Assembly: GCA_965644265.1 (NCBI GenBank)
Contig: OZ286474.1
Span: 23,560,001-23,624,000 of the forward strand
Source of the DNA: Glycera tridactyla
Taxonomy: Eukaryota
DNA: 64,000 bases
Reading direction: 5' to 3'
Below are positions 1 to 10,385 of the stretch, in pieces; within the stretch, counting starts at the first letter, position 1; each line of letters begins with the position of its first letter. Both the position numbers and the translations under genes were made by a program. The notes below the pieces were generated by a model, which made no database searches, was not told where the DNA came from, and worked only from the letters and a program-made list of their open reading frames with translations.

Positions 1-787
1 CCATCTGTGAAGATGGCCTCATGATCACTATAACGTGACCTAATCTCTAGGTATCTACTTTTGTATAGCGATGGGTTGGTGTTCTCCTTTGTGGACTGGG
101 TCAAGTCTAGATGTATTTGTGGAATGTCACAGTTCCAGTCCGCAATCTGAGCAGGATCCATCTGTGATATTAGGAGTGTGTCAAAGTCACAACTTCCAAA
201 GTGATTTTCGAATCTTATTCCAAGAGGAGCAATGACATGGAGATTTTCTTGAAATTCCTGTTTATATTTAGGCCTGAAGACACTCTCATGTGTTGGATTC
301 GATGGGTTTGCTTTCAATTTCAGACAGTACTGGAGACCTAACTTTATCCTTCGTAGATGAAGTGAAGGTTCATTGGCTTCCACATGTAGGCTTTCAGTAG
401 GTGATGTCCGAAAAGCTCGGAGGCATATGCGTAAGGCTTGGTTATGGGCTGTATCAAGCATTTTGAGGTTGGTTGGGCATGCAGATCCATAAATCATGCA
501 CCCATAATCTAATTTAGATCGAATAAGAGATCTGTAAACCATGAGCAGTGTTTCCCGATCAGCTCCCCAGTCAAGGTGGGATAACACCTTCAGCATGTCA
601 AGTGCCCGGAGGCATTTGACTTTGAGTTGCTGAATATGGGGTTTGAAAGTCAATCGTCGGTCAAAGACCAGGCCTAGGAACTTTGCTTGTTCCACTACTG
701 GTATTGCTGATCCACCTAGAAAGAGCTCAGGTTCATCATGATGCCTTGTTGATCTACAGAAATGCATGCAAACTGTTTTGGTTTTAG
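1..787 (-). mobile_element. Truncated, degraded I-clade (RNase H-bearing) LINE fragment: RT C-terminal region running into the start of RNase H
   Basis: Manual minus-strand translation gives SKTKTVCMHFCRSTRHHDEPELFLGGSAIPVVEQAKFLGLVFDRRLTFKPHIQQLKVKCLRALDMLKVLSHLDWGADRETLLMVYRSLIRSKLDYGCMIYGSA, the post-RT segment typical of I-group LINE ORF2. It then breaks up with stops and frameshifts and ends at an FTDG-like RNase H motif at the window edge. Confidence 0.85.
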
Positions 788-1018
788 AACATTATCAGGG
801 AAGATGCTGAAGATACAACCTCACTGAACATTATCAGGGGGAAGATGCTGAAGATACAACCTCACTGAACATTATCAGGGGGAAGATGCTAAAGATACAA
901 CCTCACTCAACATTATCAGGGGGAAGATGCTGAAGATACAACCTCACTGAACATTATCAGGGGGAAGATGCTGAAGATACAACCTCACTGAACATTATCA
1001 GGGGGAAGATGCTGAAGA
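788..1018. repeat. 41-bp minisatellite, about 5.7 copies (AACATTATCAGGGGGAAGATGCTGAAGATACAACCTCACTG)
   Basis: Units start at about 788, 827, 868, 909, 950 and 991. They are near-identical and directly adjacent, with no spacers. Confidence 0.95.
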
Positions 1019-1299
1019 AAGAAGGCGAGACTAGCGGTGAAGATACATTGGTTGCATCACATGCACACCGATAAAGACTCTCATACAAACAGCCAGCCTT
1101 TGATAACCCACTTAGCATGCACTTGCTGACATGCATATGAATCATATTTGTCTGAAAATTCCCAATTTATACAAGTGATCAAATACATCCGTTGAATCAA
1201 GATCATATTTTGTGCATTTTGATACTTTTGCCTGATGTGTGATAGGTCCCTTCGATCAAAAAATACATGTTTAGTGTAATTCTCTCACGGTTTGCTCTG

Positions 1300-1500
1300 C
1301 TACGATGTAATTCATCATGCATCAGTTTGTCTAAGTATTCTGCCAAAGTTGCTCAATATATATCTTTCTTCGTGGCTTGAAGTCTGAATGATGGAATTCT
1401 ATCTGAGTGGTTGGCTAGAGCAGCTTTAACTGTCTTCTCAGCTGCCTCAGTGATTCCAATTCGTTTTGAAATCCCACAGCTACCAGTCCAGCAAATTGCA
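1300..1500 (-). mobile_element. Old I-clade LINE fragment (region just after RNase H)
   Basis: The minus strand reads ...EAAEKTVKAALANHSDRIP and, after a frameshift, HSDFKPRRKIYIEQLWQN. This resembles the ADxAAKxAL...PYSDFKP...WQ segment that follows RNase H in I-group ORF2. Confidence 0.45.
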
Positions 1501-1619
1501 AAATATGTAAATAACCCGGCTGGTAAGAACTTACCAAAATGAGACAGAGACTAATTTCATCTTAATTCGATTTATGTCAGAGGGTTTGATCATTATTATC
1601 GTCCATTGCCAGGCAAGAC

Positions 1620-1824
1620 TATGCTGGAACATCTCACCTTTAGGAAGTTTTTCCTTGCTCCAACACACACCTCTAGGTGATGTAAACTCAGACTGGTCTC
1701 TGTCATTCCTTTGTTCACAGTAGCCTGTCAGAGGCACTCATTTGTTTTTGTTTATCTCGCCGAAGTCACGCAATGTCTCGCCGCTAGGGGGCAGATTGTT
1801 TTAATTCTCGAGGAATTCTCTACA
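1620..1824 (-). repeat. 3' LTR of the BEL element
   Basis: Identical by eye to 7798-8002. On the minus strand it is preceded by the purine tract AAGGTGGGGAG (1825-1835, PPT). Confidence 0.95.
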
Positions 1825-2054
1825 CTCCCCACCTTGGGCGAAAGTACCAATAAATCATTCCTCGAGGAATTACCTTGATATGTTCATTGTCAATTGTTAT
1901 GTGCCAGTCCATAGTGTCATGTAGAGTGCTGCAACGAATGTCATGCACATGAAAGGTTATGAATAACTGTCAATCATCAACGGAAGTGTTTCTTTGATGT
2001 GTGATCCTTAGATAAGAAAGTACATGGGACCACTACATCTACCTGGGCTTGTGA

Positions 2055-5000
2055 TTACAAATTCATAATTGAGCGGGGTTTAATAACCCGCCCAAACCTA
2101 GATATCCGAGGTATCTGTACACTCTTCTCACTCTCGGCGTCCGAGATGAGCTGTTCTGTTGGTGTCACTGTGGGCACATGAGTATCCTTACAAACAGAGG
2201 GCCCAGATGAGATGGGTTCAGATAATTCGTAATCCTCCTCTTCCTCAGAGGACAGGTTCTGAACCGAATCATGATCAGACATAGATTGGTCAACAGATGA
2301 TAATTCCAGGCTGTGCACGCGTTGTATCGATCGTGTGAGGGTACCTTTACCAGTTCTAACATCAACTGCGCGAATGAGTCCGTCTCGTCCGGGGTAAACC
2401 TGTGAAACAACCCCCACTGGCCAATGTAGTCGAGGATATCCTTCTTCATGAAGGAGCACAACAGATCCCTCTTGGGGTATCTTTCCCCGATAAGCACCCC
2501 TCCAGGAAGGCAAATTCCGTATATAATCAGAGGTCCAAAGAGACCAGAATTTGTTCAACCTTTGCAACCTGACTTCATCTCTGTACTTCAAATCATTGGC
2601 CGTTGTGGAGGGTATTAGGTTTTCATCGCCTGGGAGGTATACATTAGGCTTCCCAATCAAGAAATGAGAAGGAGTGAGGGGGCTCCTCGCGTCAACTTCA
2701 TCTCCCACAAAGGTTAAAGGTCGTGAATTCACACAAGCCTCTACCTCATGTAAAACAGTTTCAAGTTCAGTGCGAGTCAACAGCTGCACCCCCAAGGATT
2801 TCTTCAATGCTGATTTGACAGATCGTACCAACCGTTCCCACCAACCTCCCCACCAAGGCGACCTTGGGGGAATGAATTTCCATTTGGGACTCAGGGATCC
2901 AAATTGCTCCATCAAATGTGACTGTACAGCCACAAAACACTTGGCGTTATCGGAATATATGACTGATGGGAGCCCTCTCCTGGCAATGAATCGCCGTAAA
3001 GCTAACATGGTATCCTCTTCAGACAGGGAGCCTACTAGTTCTAAATGGACTGCTCTCACCACAGCACAAGTAAAAAGTAAGATGTAGAATTTCTTATCAT
3101 GTTCATCGCAGCAAAACAGAGGGCCTGCATGGTCCAGGCCTGTGATAGCAAAGGGATTTGACTGTTTGACTCTGTCTTCAGGTAGTGGAGCTCGAGTTTG
3201 ATCAAAGGGTGGGGCATCTTGCCTCTGGCAAGAGAAGCACTCCCGCTTCACTCTTTTTGCCAAGCGCCTCAACCCGACAATCCAGTATTTACTTCTTATA
3301 GTGGTGATCATAGTATCAACCCCAGCATGTTTCAATAAGGAATGATAAAACCTGACAAATAATAATGCCAAATGACCTTTTGGCAAAATCACAGGGTGTT
3401 TCTCATCATGAGCAAGTTCGGAATGTTGCAACCGTCCACCAATCCTAACAAGTCTGTCACTACCAATATATGGATCTAATTTGATCAAAGGAGAATGCTT
3501 GGGTACTGGCTTTCCCACCTGCAGTGCAACTATTTCTTCAGCAAACTCCTGCTGTTGAACTATTGCAATCAAATTATGTTGAGCAGACTGGAGCTCCTCC
3601 AAAGACAAAGAGCCATGGTGTAAGTCAGTGGGATGCCTTGCATTGTGTAAGAAGCGACCAATCCATCCCAGTACATTGGTACCCTTCTCTAACGTACTAT
3701 ATCTAGAAACATCCAAGATTGGTTCACCTTTGACCTCACTTGACAAGAAGCACCCGGACTGAGACTCAGAACTGAAAGTGCTCTGTAATTCTTCAACACT
3801 TGGCGTCAGACAGGACGGCTTATCCTCACTCACTTCCCTCATCCTCAAGAACTGAGGACCCTGCAACCAAACCACAGATCCTGTCAATTCCTCCGCAAAG
3901 ACCCCTCTGGTCAATAAATCAGCAGGATTATCCTTCCCAGGGCAATGCTTCCATTGATGAGGCTGAGAAAGTTTCTGGATTTCCGCAACTCTGTTACTCA
4001 CGAAGGCCTGCCACTTGCTGGGCTCACTCTGAATCCAGGCTAAAGCAACGGTAGAATCTGTCCAGTAATAACACTTGGAGTCTGAATCCAACAGTAGGGC
4101 TGTTTTCACAAAATCTAATAATCTGGCACTCAGTAATGCACCCAGCAATTCTAATCTAGGTACAGTGATCTTCTTAATAGGAGCAACCTTGGCCTTAGAG
4201 GTCACTAAGGAAAAGTGGCAAGATCCATCCTTCAAAATAGTTCCTAAATATACACAAGCACCATATCCACTCTCAGAAGCATCTCCAAATGCATGCAGTT
4301 CTAAACTCTGTATATCCTTCCAGGGGGTACTTGTATAACTCCTAGGAATATGCCAACAACTCAAAAGCTCGAACCCATCGAGCCATCGGAGGAATCGCTG
4401 ACCAACATCAACTGGCACTTCGTCATCCCAGTCTACAGAAGACTTCCAGAGCTCCTGGAATAGCATCTTTGCTACCATGGTGTACGGAGTGAGGAATCCC
4501 AAAGGATCAAACAGTCTAGCTATAAAGCTAAGCACCACACGTTTGGTCACACATAAACCAGTGGGAACAACCCTTTTCTCAAATGAGAAACAATCTGTCG
4601 AAGCTATCCATTTCAATCCAAGTACCTTAATAGAATCAGAGTCTACATATTTCCCTTCAAACTCCTCAAACAACTTTTCTGTGACAAGCCCGCTATTTGA
4701 TGCCCACTTTGCCAGGGTCATACCTGCCTGACCCATGATGTGTGTCGCCTCCACAAGCATGGAAACCGCTTCTTCCTCAGAGTCCACACCTGTTAACCAG
4801 TCATCCACATACAGGTTATCTTGCAGTTCCTGTACGACTCTTGTTGAGGGAAAGGTACTTAAATGATGTTTGACCATTGCATTGAGGAGAAATGGACTAC
4901 TTTTATTGCCAAAGGGCACGCGAGTGAATCTCATGACCCTGTTGTGACCATTTTGCCTCAGCAAAAATCTATGCACATCCCTGTCATTTCTACTAACTCC

Positions 5001-7364
5001 CACTTGCAAAAAGGCCTTGGAAATGTCAGAAGTCAATGCTACTTTCCACCTTCTGAACCTAATCAGAATCTCAACCAAGTTGGGAATCATACTGGGTCCG
5101 GTCTCTAGACAATCATTCAATGATATACCATTATAGCTAGGTGAGGAAGCATCAAATACAGGGCGTACCTTAGTCGTAACACTGCTTTCTCGCACAACTG
5201 GCCTATGGGGCATGTAATATACAGGAGAACAGCTATTTAGCTCCTCAGTAGGTACTTCCTCTATAACACCATCTGCTTCCATTCCCTCAAACACAGTCTC
5301 ATACTGACCCAACAACTCTGGGTCTCTGGATAATTTCCGAGTCAAACCATCCAGTCTCTTCTGAGCAAGTCTAATGTTATTGAGTGGGCGCTTGCTACCT
5401 TTCCAGGGTAGCGAGACTTCATATCGCCCATCAGTAAACTGCACCTTTGACTGGAAGTCTCTCCACACAGGATCCTCAGTTTTCTCCTCCTTCTCAAGAA
5501 TGCCCAATGATTCCAGCTCCCACAGGGAACGCATCACTTGCTCGGACACATCATTGAAACACAGAAGTTGATGTGACACATCCTGATGTGAAGAACCTGT
5601 CAAGGATCCAGAAACGACCCATCCAAGGGAAGTATTCATGGCAACCAGACCTTCTGGTCCTCTCTGGAAATTGGGCTGGGCAAAATCCCAATAGTGATCT
5701 GCCCCTATCAGAATGTCGACGGTCAAACTAGAATTCCTACCGTAATCATCTGCGAATTGTACCTCCCCAAATGATGCCAAAAGATTGTTTGCTATTGCAA
5801 CCCGATACATGGGGGCACATATTACGGGAACCTCAGTCACTCTAAGGGGGCAACAACCACCTTGAGTGTCTTTCAAAAAAATCTGAAACTGGTTTCTCTC
5901 CATACTTCGGCTAGGACTATTTGTGCCAAAAGCAGCATAAGATAATGGTTGTGAACCTACCCACTCGGGCTTTATCTTGTCAACTACCTTTCTCGATATG
6001 TATGATCTGTCAGACCCAGTATCAAATAATACTGTAGCAGACATAACACCACCCTGTCCCTTGACTTCAACTCTAGCTGTTTGTAAGAAAACAGTGGTGG
6101 ATGTATGTAAATCACAGGCCACACCTGTGTGGGAAACGACATTCTCAGCCGAAGCCTGAGGATCACCCTCAATGGACTTCTCCTCTCCATCAGAGCACAA
6201 TAGCTTATGATGTCTTCCCTTGCATTTAGCACATTTAACTGAACATACTCTGGCAATGTGTCCCTTTCCCAAACATCGAAAACACAAACCAGATGACATG
6301 ATTTTTGCTCTAACATCAGTCCCAGAAAGACCAACAACACCCCAACATTTCTCAGTATCATGCAATTTGTTGCAAAACCCACATGTATTAGAACTGGAGT
6401 TCAATGCAGCTACAGTGGTAAGAGGTGCACTGGGAGCTTCCTGATGTTCAGGAGGCATTTCAAACTCTCGGAATGATTGCGACCTCTCTCTGCGTTGAAT
6501 TTCTCTTTGTAGAAATTCCAACAACCAACCTAACTCACTCTCATGACCTTCTCCTTCTCTCGCCCACTCTAACCTGATATTCTGGGGTAAACGAGATAGT
6601 ATGAGGGGGGTTAGAATAACACCATATTGTTCCCCCTTGATATCAAGAGCCTCCAAGCTTCGAACATGAGCCTGTAACTCATCAAAAAGATGCCAAAGCT
6701 GCGTAATATTGGCTGATTTAGCAGGGATTGAAATGTTCAACAACTCTTGTATGTGAGAAAATATTATCCTCTCCTTCCTCCCAAACCTCTTTAACAGTAT
6801 ATCACAAGCAGTAGCATAATGTTTGGCAGTAACTGGTAAACCATGGATGGCAGTCTTGGCTTCCCCATGCAACAGAGACTTCAGATATGTGAACTTGGTA
6901 ATATCAGGTAATTCCGAATCATCCACTACCGCAGTGAACTGGTCCCAAAATCCTTGCCATTCTTTGACGTCTCCATGAAATTCAGGCAGGGCGAGTCGAG
7001 GTAATTTAGCTAAATCCAGGGAACATCTTGAGCCAGAGACATTAGAACCATTATCATTTTTTGTATCATATGATAGTAATCCGGCCAATATACTCCCAGC
7101 CCTGATGCGAGAGGCACGTACACGTTCCAGATACTCAGCCGCCTCTTCAATATCGGCATCCAAATCTTCTTCATCCAGTTCTAATTCTAATTGACTTTGA
7201 GCTTCATCTAAAGAACCCAAACGCTTGTCAAACTGTTCGATGGCATCTATCAAACTAGCTTTATTCACGGGTTCCTGATCACATAAGGCAGTCAAAGCCT
7301 TTGCTGCTCGCGTAGTCCATCCACGGGCAGCCTTCCTGGCTTTCTTTGCAGACTCTGCCATCAT
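2055..7364 (-). CDS. BEL/Pao Gag-Pol polyprotein (about 1769 aa from the first ATG at 7364; the ORF track starts it at a TTG at 7373)
   Basis: Gag segment LPEFHGDVKEWQGFWDQF; three Cys/His knuckles (CGFCNKLHDTEKC, CFRCLGKGHIARVC, CAKCKGRHHKLLC); protease LFDTGSDRSY; RT with VPFGNKSSPFLL and YVDD; Pao-type RNase H LHAFGDASESGYGA; integrase HHCC plus DHAGP, SDNA and GGWWERL; C-terminal WPVGVVSQVYPGRDGLIRAVDVRT. No env ORF. Confidence 0.97.
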   Translation of the reverse strand: MMAESAKKARKAARGWTTRAAKALTALCDQEPVNKASLIDAIEQFDKRLGSLDEAQSQLELELDEEDLDADIEEAAEYLERVRASRIRAGSILAGLLSYDTKNDNGSNVSGSRCSLDLAKLPRLALPEFHGDVKEWQGFWDQFTAVVDDSELPDITKFTYLKSLLHGEAKTAIHGLPVTAKHYATACDILLKRFGRKERIIFSHIQELLNISIPAKSANITQLWHLFDELQAHVRSLEALDIKGEQYGVILTPLILSRLPQNIRLEWAREGEGHESELGWLLEFLQREIQRRERSQSFREFEMPPEHQEAPSAPLTTVAALNSSSNTCGFCNKLHDTEKCWGVVGLSGTDVRAKIMSSGLCFRCLGKGHIARVCSVKCAKCKGRHHKLLCSDGEEKSIEGDPQASAENVVSHTGVACDLHTSTTVFLQTARVEVKGQGGVMSATVLFDTGSDRSYISRKVVDKIKPEWVGSQPLSYAAFGTNSPSRSMERNQFQIFLKDTQGGCCPLRVTEVPVICAPMYRVAIANNLLASFGEVQFADDYGRNSSLTVDILIGADHYWDFAQPNFQRGPEGLVAMNTSLGWVVSGSLTGSSHQDVSHQLLCFNDVSEQVMRSLWELESLGILEKEEKTEDPVWRDFQSKVQFTDGRYEVSLPWKGSKRPLNNIRLAQKRLDGLTRKLSRDPELLGQYETVFEGMEADGVIEEVPTEELNSCSPVYYMPHRPVVRESSVTTKVRPVFDASSPSYNGISLNDCLETGPSMIPNLVEILIRFRRWKVALTSDISKAFLQVGVSRNDRDVHRFLLRQNGHNRVMRFTRVPFGNKSSPFLLNAMVKHHLSTFPSTRVVQELQDNLYVDDWLTGVDSEEEAVSMLVEATHIMGQAGMTLAKWASNSGLVTEKLFEEFEGKYVDSDSIKVLGLKWIASTDCFSFEKRVVPTGLCVTKRVVLSFIARLFDPLGFLTPYTMVAKMLFQELWKSSVDWDDEVPVDVGQRFLRWLDGFELLSCWHIPRSYTSTPWKDIQSLELHAFGDASESGYGACVYLGTILKDGSCHFSLVTSKAKVAPIKKITVPRLELLGALLSARLLDFVKTALLLDSDSKCYYWTDSTVALAWIQSEPSKWQAFVSNRVAEIQKLSQPHQWKHCPGKDNPADLLTRGVFAEELTGSVVWLQGPQFLRMREVSEDKPSCLTPSVEELQSTFSSESQSGCFLSSEVKGEPILDVSRYSTLEKGTNVLGWIGRFLHNARHPTDLHHGSLSLEELQSAQHNLIAIVQQQEFAEEIVALQVGKPVPKHSPLIKLDPYIGSDRLVRIGGRLQHSELAHDEKHPVILPKGHLALLFVRFYHSLLKHAGVDTMITTIRSKYWIVGLRRLAKRVKRECFSCQRQDAPPFDQTRAPLPEDRVKQSNPFAITGLDHAGPLFCCDEHDKKFYILLFTCAVVRAVHLELVGSLSEEDTMLALRRFIARRGLPSVIYSDNAKCFVAVQSHLMEQFGSLSPKWKFIPPRSPWWGGWWERLVRSVKSALKKSLGVQLLTRTELETVLHEVEACVNSRPLTFVGDEVDARSPLTPSHFLIGKPNVYLPGDENLIPSTTANDLKYRDEVRLQRLNKFWSLWTSDYIRNLPSWRGAYRGKIPQEGSVVLLHEEGYPRLHWPVGVVSQVYPGRDGLIRAVDVRTGKGTLTRSIQRVHSLELSSVDQSMSDHDSVQNLSSEEEEDYELSEPISSGPSVCKDTHVPTVTPTEQLISDAESEKSVQIPRISRFGRVIKPRSIMNL

Positions 7365-7778
7365 GGATAACAATCAATCACGCAACAGGAATGGTTAAGC
7401 ACAGACACTGACGCAAAGGGGTAAGTTCAGGCGATTTGAACTTTCGGAACACAAGTACAGTAAGCAGGTAAGCATACTAATGTCACAACAACAGCGGCAC
7501 TCTGACACAAGGCACATAACATTGAGGCAAGTAGCGAGAAATGCTTCTAAACAGAGTGAAGCCAAAGGCAAGAAGCAAGCAGTCTTCAGTCTGAAAGGCA
7601 GAGTTCAGCCTGAGAAGCATCTACTGTGAACAGTGGTGAACAGGTGAATCAGCAAGCACTATGGTATGGGTTAGTCCAGCAGCCAAGGTAAAATCCACTT
7701 ATTCCAGAATCCAAGAACTGCAGAAAGCACTCCCAGCTCTCTGTTGTTGTCACTGGTTGTCACTTCTTCAGGTGGATG

Positions 7779-7796
7779 TCCCGGGTTCCGGCACCA
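7779..7796 (-). other. Primer binding site, tRNA-Phe-like
   Basis: Minus strand TGGTGCCGGAACCCGGGA lies directly inside the 5' LTR. It differs at one position (which allows a G-U pair) from TGGTGCCGAAACCCGGGA, the complement of the eukaryotic tRNA-Phe 3' end. Confidence 0.8.
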
Positions 7797-7797
7797 A

Positions 7798-8002
7798 TAT
7801 GCTGGAACATCTCACCTTTAGGAAGTTTTTCCTTGCTCCAACACACACCTCTAGGTGATGTAAACTCAGACTGGTCTCTGTCATTCCTTTGTTCACAGTA
7901 GCCTGTCAGAGGCACTCATTTGTTTTTGTTTATCTCGCCGAAGTCACGCAATGTCTCGCCGCTAGGGGGCAGATTGTTTTAATTCTCGAGGAATTCTCTA
8001 CA
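7798..8002 (-). repeat. 5' LTR of the BEL element
   Basis: Direct repeat of 1620-1824. It starts TGTAGAG on the minus strand and is followed by the PBS. Confidence 0.95.
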
Positions 8003-8399
8003 AAGACTGCTACATCAGGATGAACATGCTTGACAAGGGGATCATTTGGAATAGGAAGCAAATTCATAAAAATTATGCACTTTCATTTCTGGAATAGTTC
8101 GACAGATGAGGTCCACATGTTGATGACCAGTTCCCCATGCTGTAAATTACTAAGACAAACCAAATGGGGCACTGTTCTGTGGCATATATCTTGAGTGATA
8201 TGCACAAATGCAATTCTGTGCGTGCCTCCGATAGCTATTATGCGATCAGTCAAACTACGTGATATTGGTATCGACATTAACAGCAATTCAGTGAGGAACC
8301 TACTGGTTAGAGTAATACCTAGTGACATCTAGCCACTGCAAGTGCCACCTTGTGTCAATACTGTGAAATACACTTGTGAAATCACAGGGTTTTTTGTTT

Positions 8400-8720
8400 G
8401 TTTGGGGTTTAACGTCCTTTCAACCACCTTTGGTTATATCGGACTGAAAAACTGGAAGTGCTGAAGAAAAGAGGCACCGCCGCCGGGGGCCTTCCTTACT
8501 CTTTGCGAAAGAAGGCAGTGGTTCTTTTACATGCATACAGGACAATACCCCCATATACATGGCTGGCCTTTGATATCCCAGTCGGCATGCACTGGGTTAG
8601 CATGCATACGATGTGATAAATGTTTGATTGTGAGATGGCATCCACATGTTTTGTACAGTGGACAGTAATCCCAAAATACAATAGTGTTTCTCAGTCCGAA
8701 TTGACCCAATCAATAAAACT
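8400..8720 (-). mobile_element. Dispersed retroposon 3'-end, family B
   Basis: Shares TTTAACGTC.TTTCAACC...TCGGACTGAAA...ACATGCATACAGG...GTCGGCATGCACTGGGTTAGCATGCATAC with 14110-14335. A partial inverted copy lies near 33205-33270. Confidence 0.65.
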
Positions 8721-9677
8721 GTCTGCTGTATCTATCGACTGGTGGATATTTTTGAAGTTAGGACTCATTAGGACGTTGATATGAAATATGTATCAATGGC
8801 AGTGTCTTCGTTTGAAGTTTATCCCAAGGATATTGGATAGAATTAACGCTTACACCCCTCTTAACCTAGGGAAGGATGTTTTGCACGGATGGATTAGTGG
8901 TGTCATCAAAGTTAGAGCACAAACAGAATAACGGGCTATAGGTTAACTCTCTTTATCACTTTCAATCCAAGCAAAAATCAGCAATCGTTCCGGTCCCCCA
9001 GGAAGCCCCACGGGGTTGAAGAGCCAAGCAACACTCCTGGAATAATTCACCTTACGTGCTCATGCCATGCGAATATCACACACAAAACAGCCTAAATTAT
9101 ATATACATGAAATATTCTCACTTGTCATATTGACTATCATCTAATACTCTGAGAGGAGAGAGGATCCTGGAAAGTGTATCACTTGTCTGTGCACCTGTTT
9201 ACCTGAAAAACTTGAATCAATAGAGTACAGGGACCAACCTCTTTGTCTTGCAACCACCAGTTCTACGTGACCCAGTAGGTTGATCAGTGCCAAAGAGCAT
9301 TTTTGAACACTGACCGATTTAGGGACCGACAGCCATTTCACTGTTTGGGATCTGGGCCATTTCGTGATCAGGGTCTGTGGGGGTGAAATTCAGCAAGGGG
9401 CTGAGAATGTTGTTCGCCTAGATCTGGGGCCCGTAGTGAGTAGAATCCCTTTGGTTTGATACATGCCATCATACCTTTACCAACGAATCAACCGGAGACT
9501 AATGAAAAACATCTGAGGGTGCTCATAGCGAGGGTTTTCCTCCGCCATGTACCATGTGAAATATTGTAAAGATCAAAAATTCAGCCGATTCCATAAAGAT
9601 GATTATACAATGAATCACTATCTACTACTTATGAAAATGTCTGTGATGTTTGAATAGCATGCAATCTATCCTTATGG

Positions 9678-9835
9678 TTGGTTGGTTTGGTTTGACGTCA
9701 CGTCAGCCTCATATGGGCTATATTGTGACGTCGATGGAATGGGCATGGGTAGGATCATTCAAGACTCCTCCTCCCGGGTTTCTGACGGAAAGTGAATATG
9801 CATGAAATTCACAGAGACTCAAGGTGTCATTTCTG
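9678..9835 (-). mobile_element. Short retroposon (SINE or LINE tail), family A
   Basis: Homologous to the TSD-flanked copy at 23592-23760 (GGTTT.ACGTCACGTCAGC...GGGCTATATTGTGAC...CAAGACTCCTCC) and carries a (GGTT)n tail. Other copies lie at about 13415-13565, 14450-14535, 33278-33390, and inverted at 32745-32790. Confidence 0.7.
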
Positions 9836-10099
9836 TAGCACCCCACTGAAAACACAGTTGGTCATGCTGTGTCTCAGTATTCCCAAGCATATACTATGCA
9901 ATGCAGTTTCTGTGGTAGTGTTTTCCCCCACTCATGTGCTGCCCGGAAACAACATATGAACTTTTTGCACTCAGTTTACCTTAAAATCCAATGTAACTGA
10001 CTCAAAATCAATTCAGTTCTTTACTTTGGCACCATTAGTCAACCTGTAGAGATTTAGTTGGATAGCTACATCCATTTGAGAACTATTGCCCAGAAACCA

Positions 10100-10385
10100 C
10101 ATATGACCTCTAGGTTTTTCCATCCACTTGACCTCTAAATCTAATGTAGTGAATCTAAAATCTAATCAGCTCTGTACCCCAGGACTATGAGTGCACCTGC
10201 CAAGTTTCAGTTGGAAAGCTGCATTCATTGCTGAGTTATTGCATAAAAAGCACAAAGTGTGACAGACGGATACACAGGCACGCGAAGGTACATATGCATA
10301 CACATTCTTACATAGCACAGATGCGCTGAGGGTCGAGACAAAAACATAAAGCCCCGCACGATCACCGAGGTGGGGGCACAAAAAA
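10100..10385 (+). mobile_element. HINE/Helentron-like non-autonomous element (3' part)
   Basis: TGACCT core motifs, CAGA/CGGA microsatellite remnants, and a GC-rich terminal hairpin (GCCCCGC...GTGGGGGC) followed by ACAAAAAA. Confidence 0.5.

Larger units (their letters stand above)
1620..8002 (-). mobile_element. Full-length BEL/Pao LTR retrotransposon, 6.4 kb, apparently intact
   Basis: Two 205-bp LTRs (1620-1824, 7798-8002), a 5-bp TSD AAGAC (1615-1619 and 8003-8007), a PBS, a PPT and one open gag-pol ORF with protease-RT-RNaseH-integrase domain order. Confidence 0.97.

Noticed and set aside
788-1018. Regular 41-bp repeats as a CRISPR array
   Set aside because: The units are contiguous with no unique spacers, there are no cas genes, and the context is eukaryotic.
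9141-9430. Possible isolated coding exon
   Set aside because: Stops in the best frame, no convincing splice pair and no recognisable motif.
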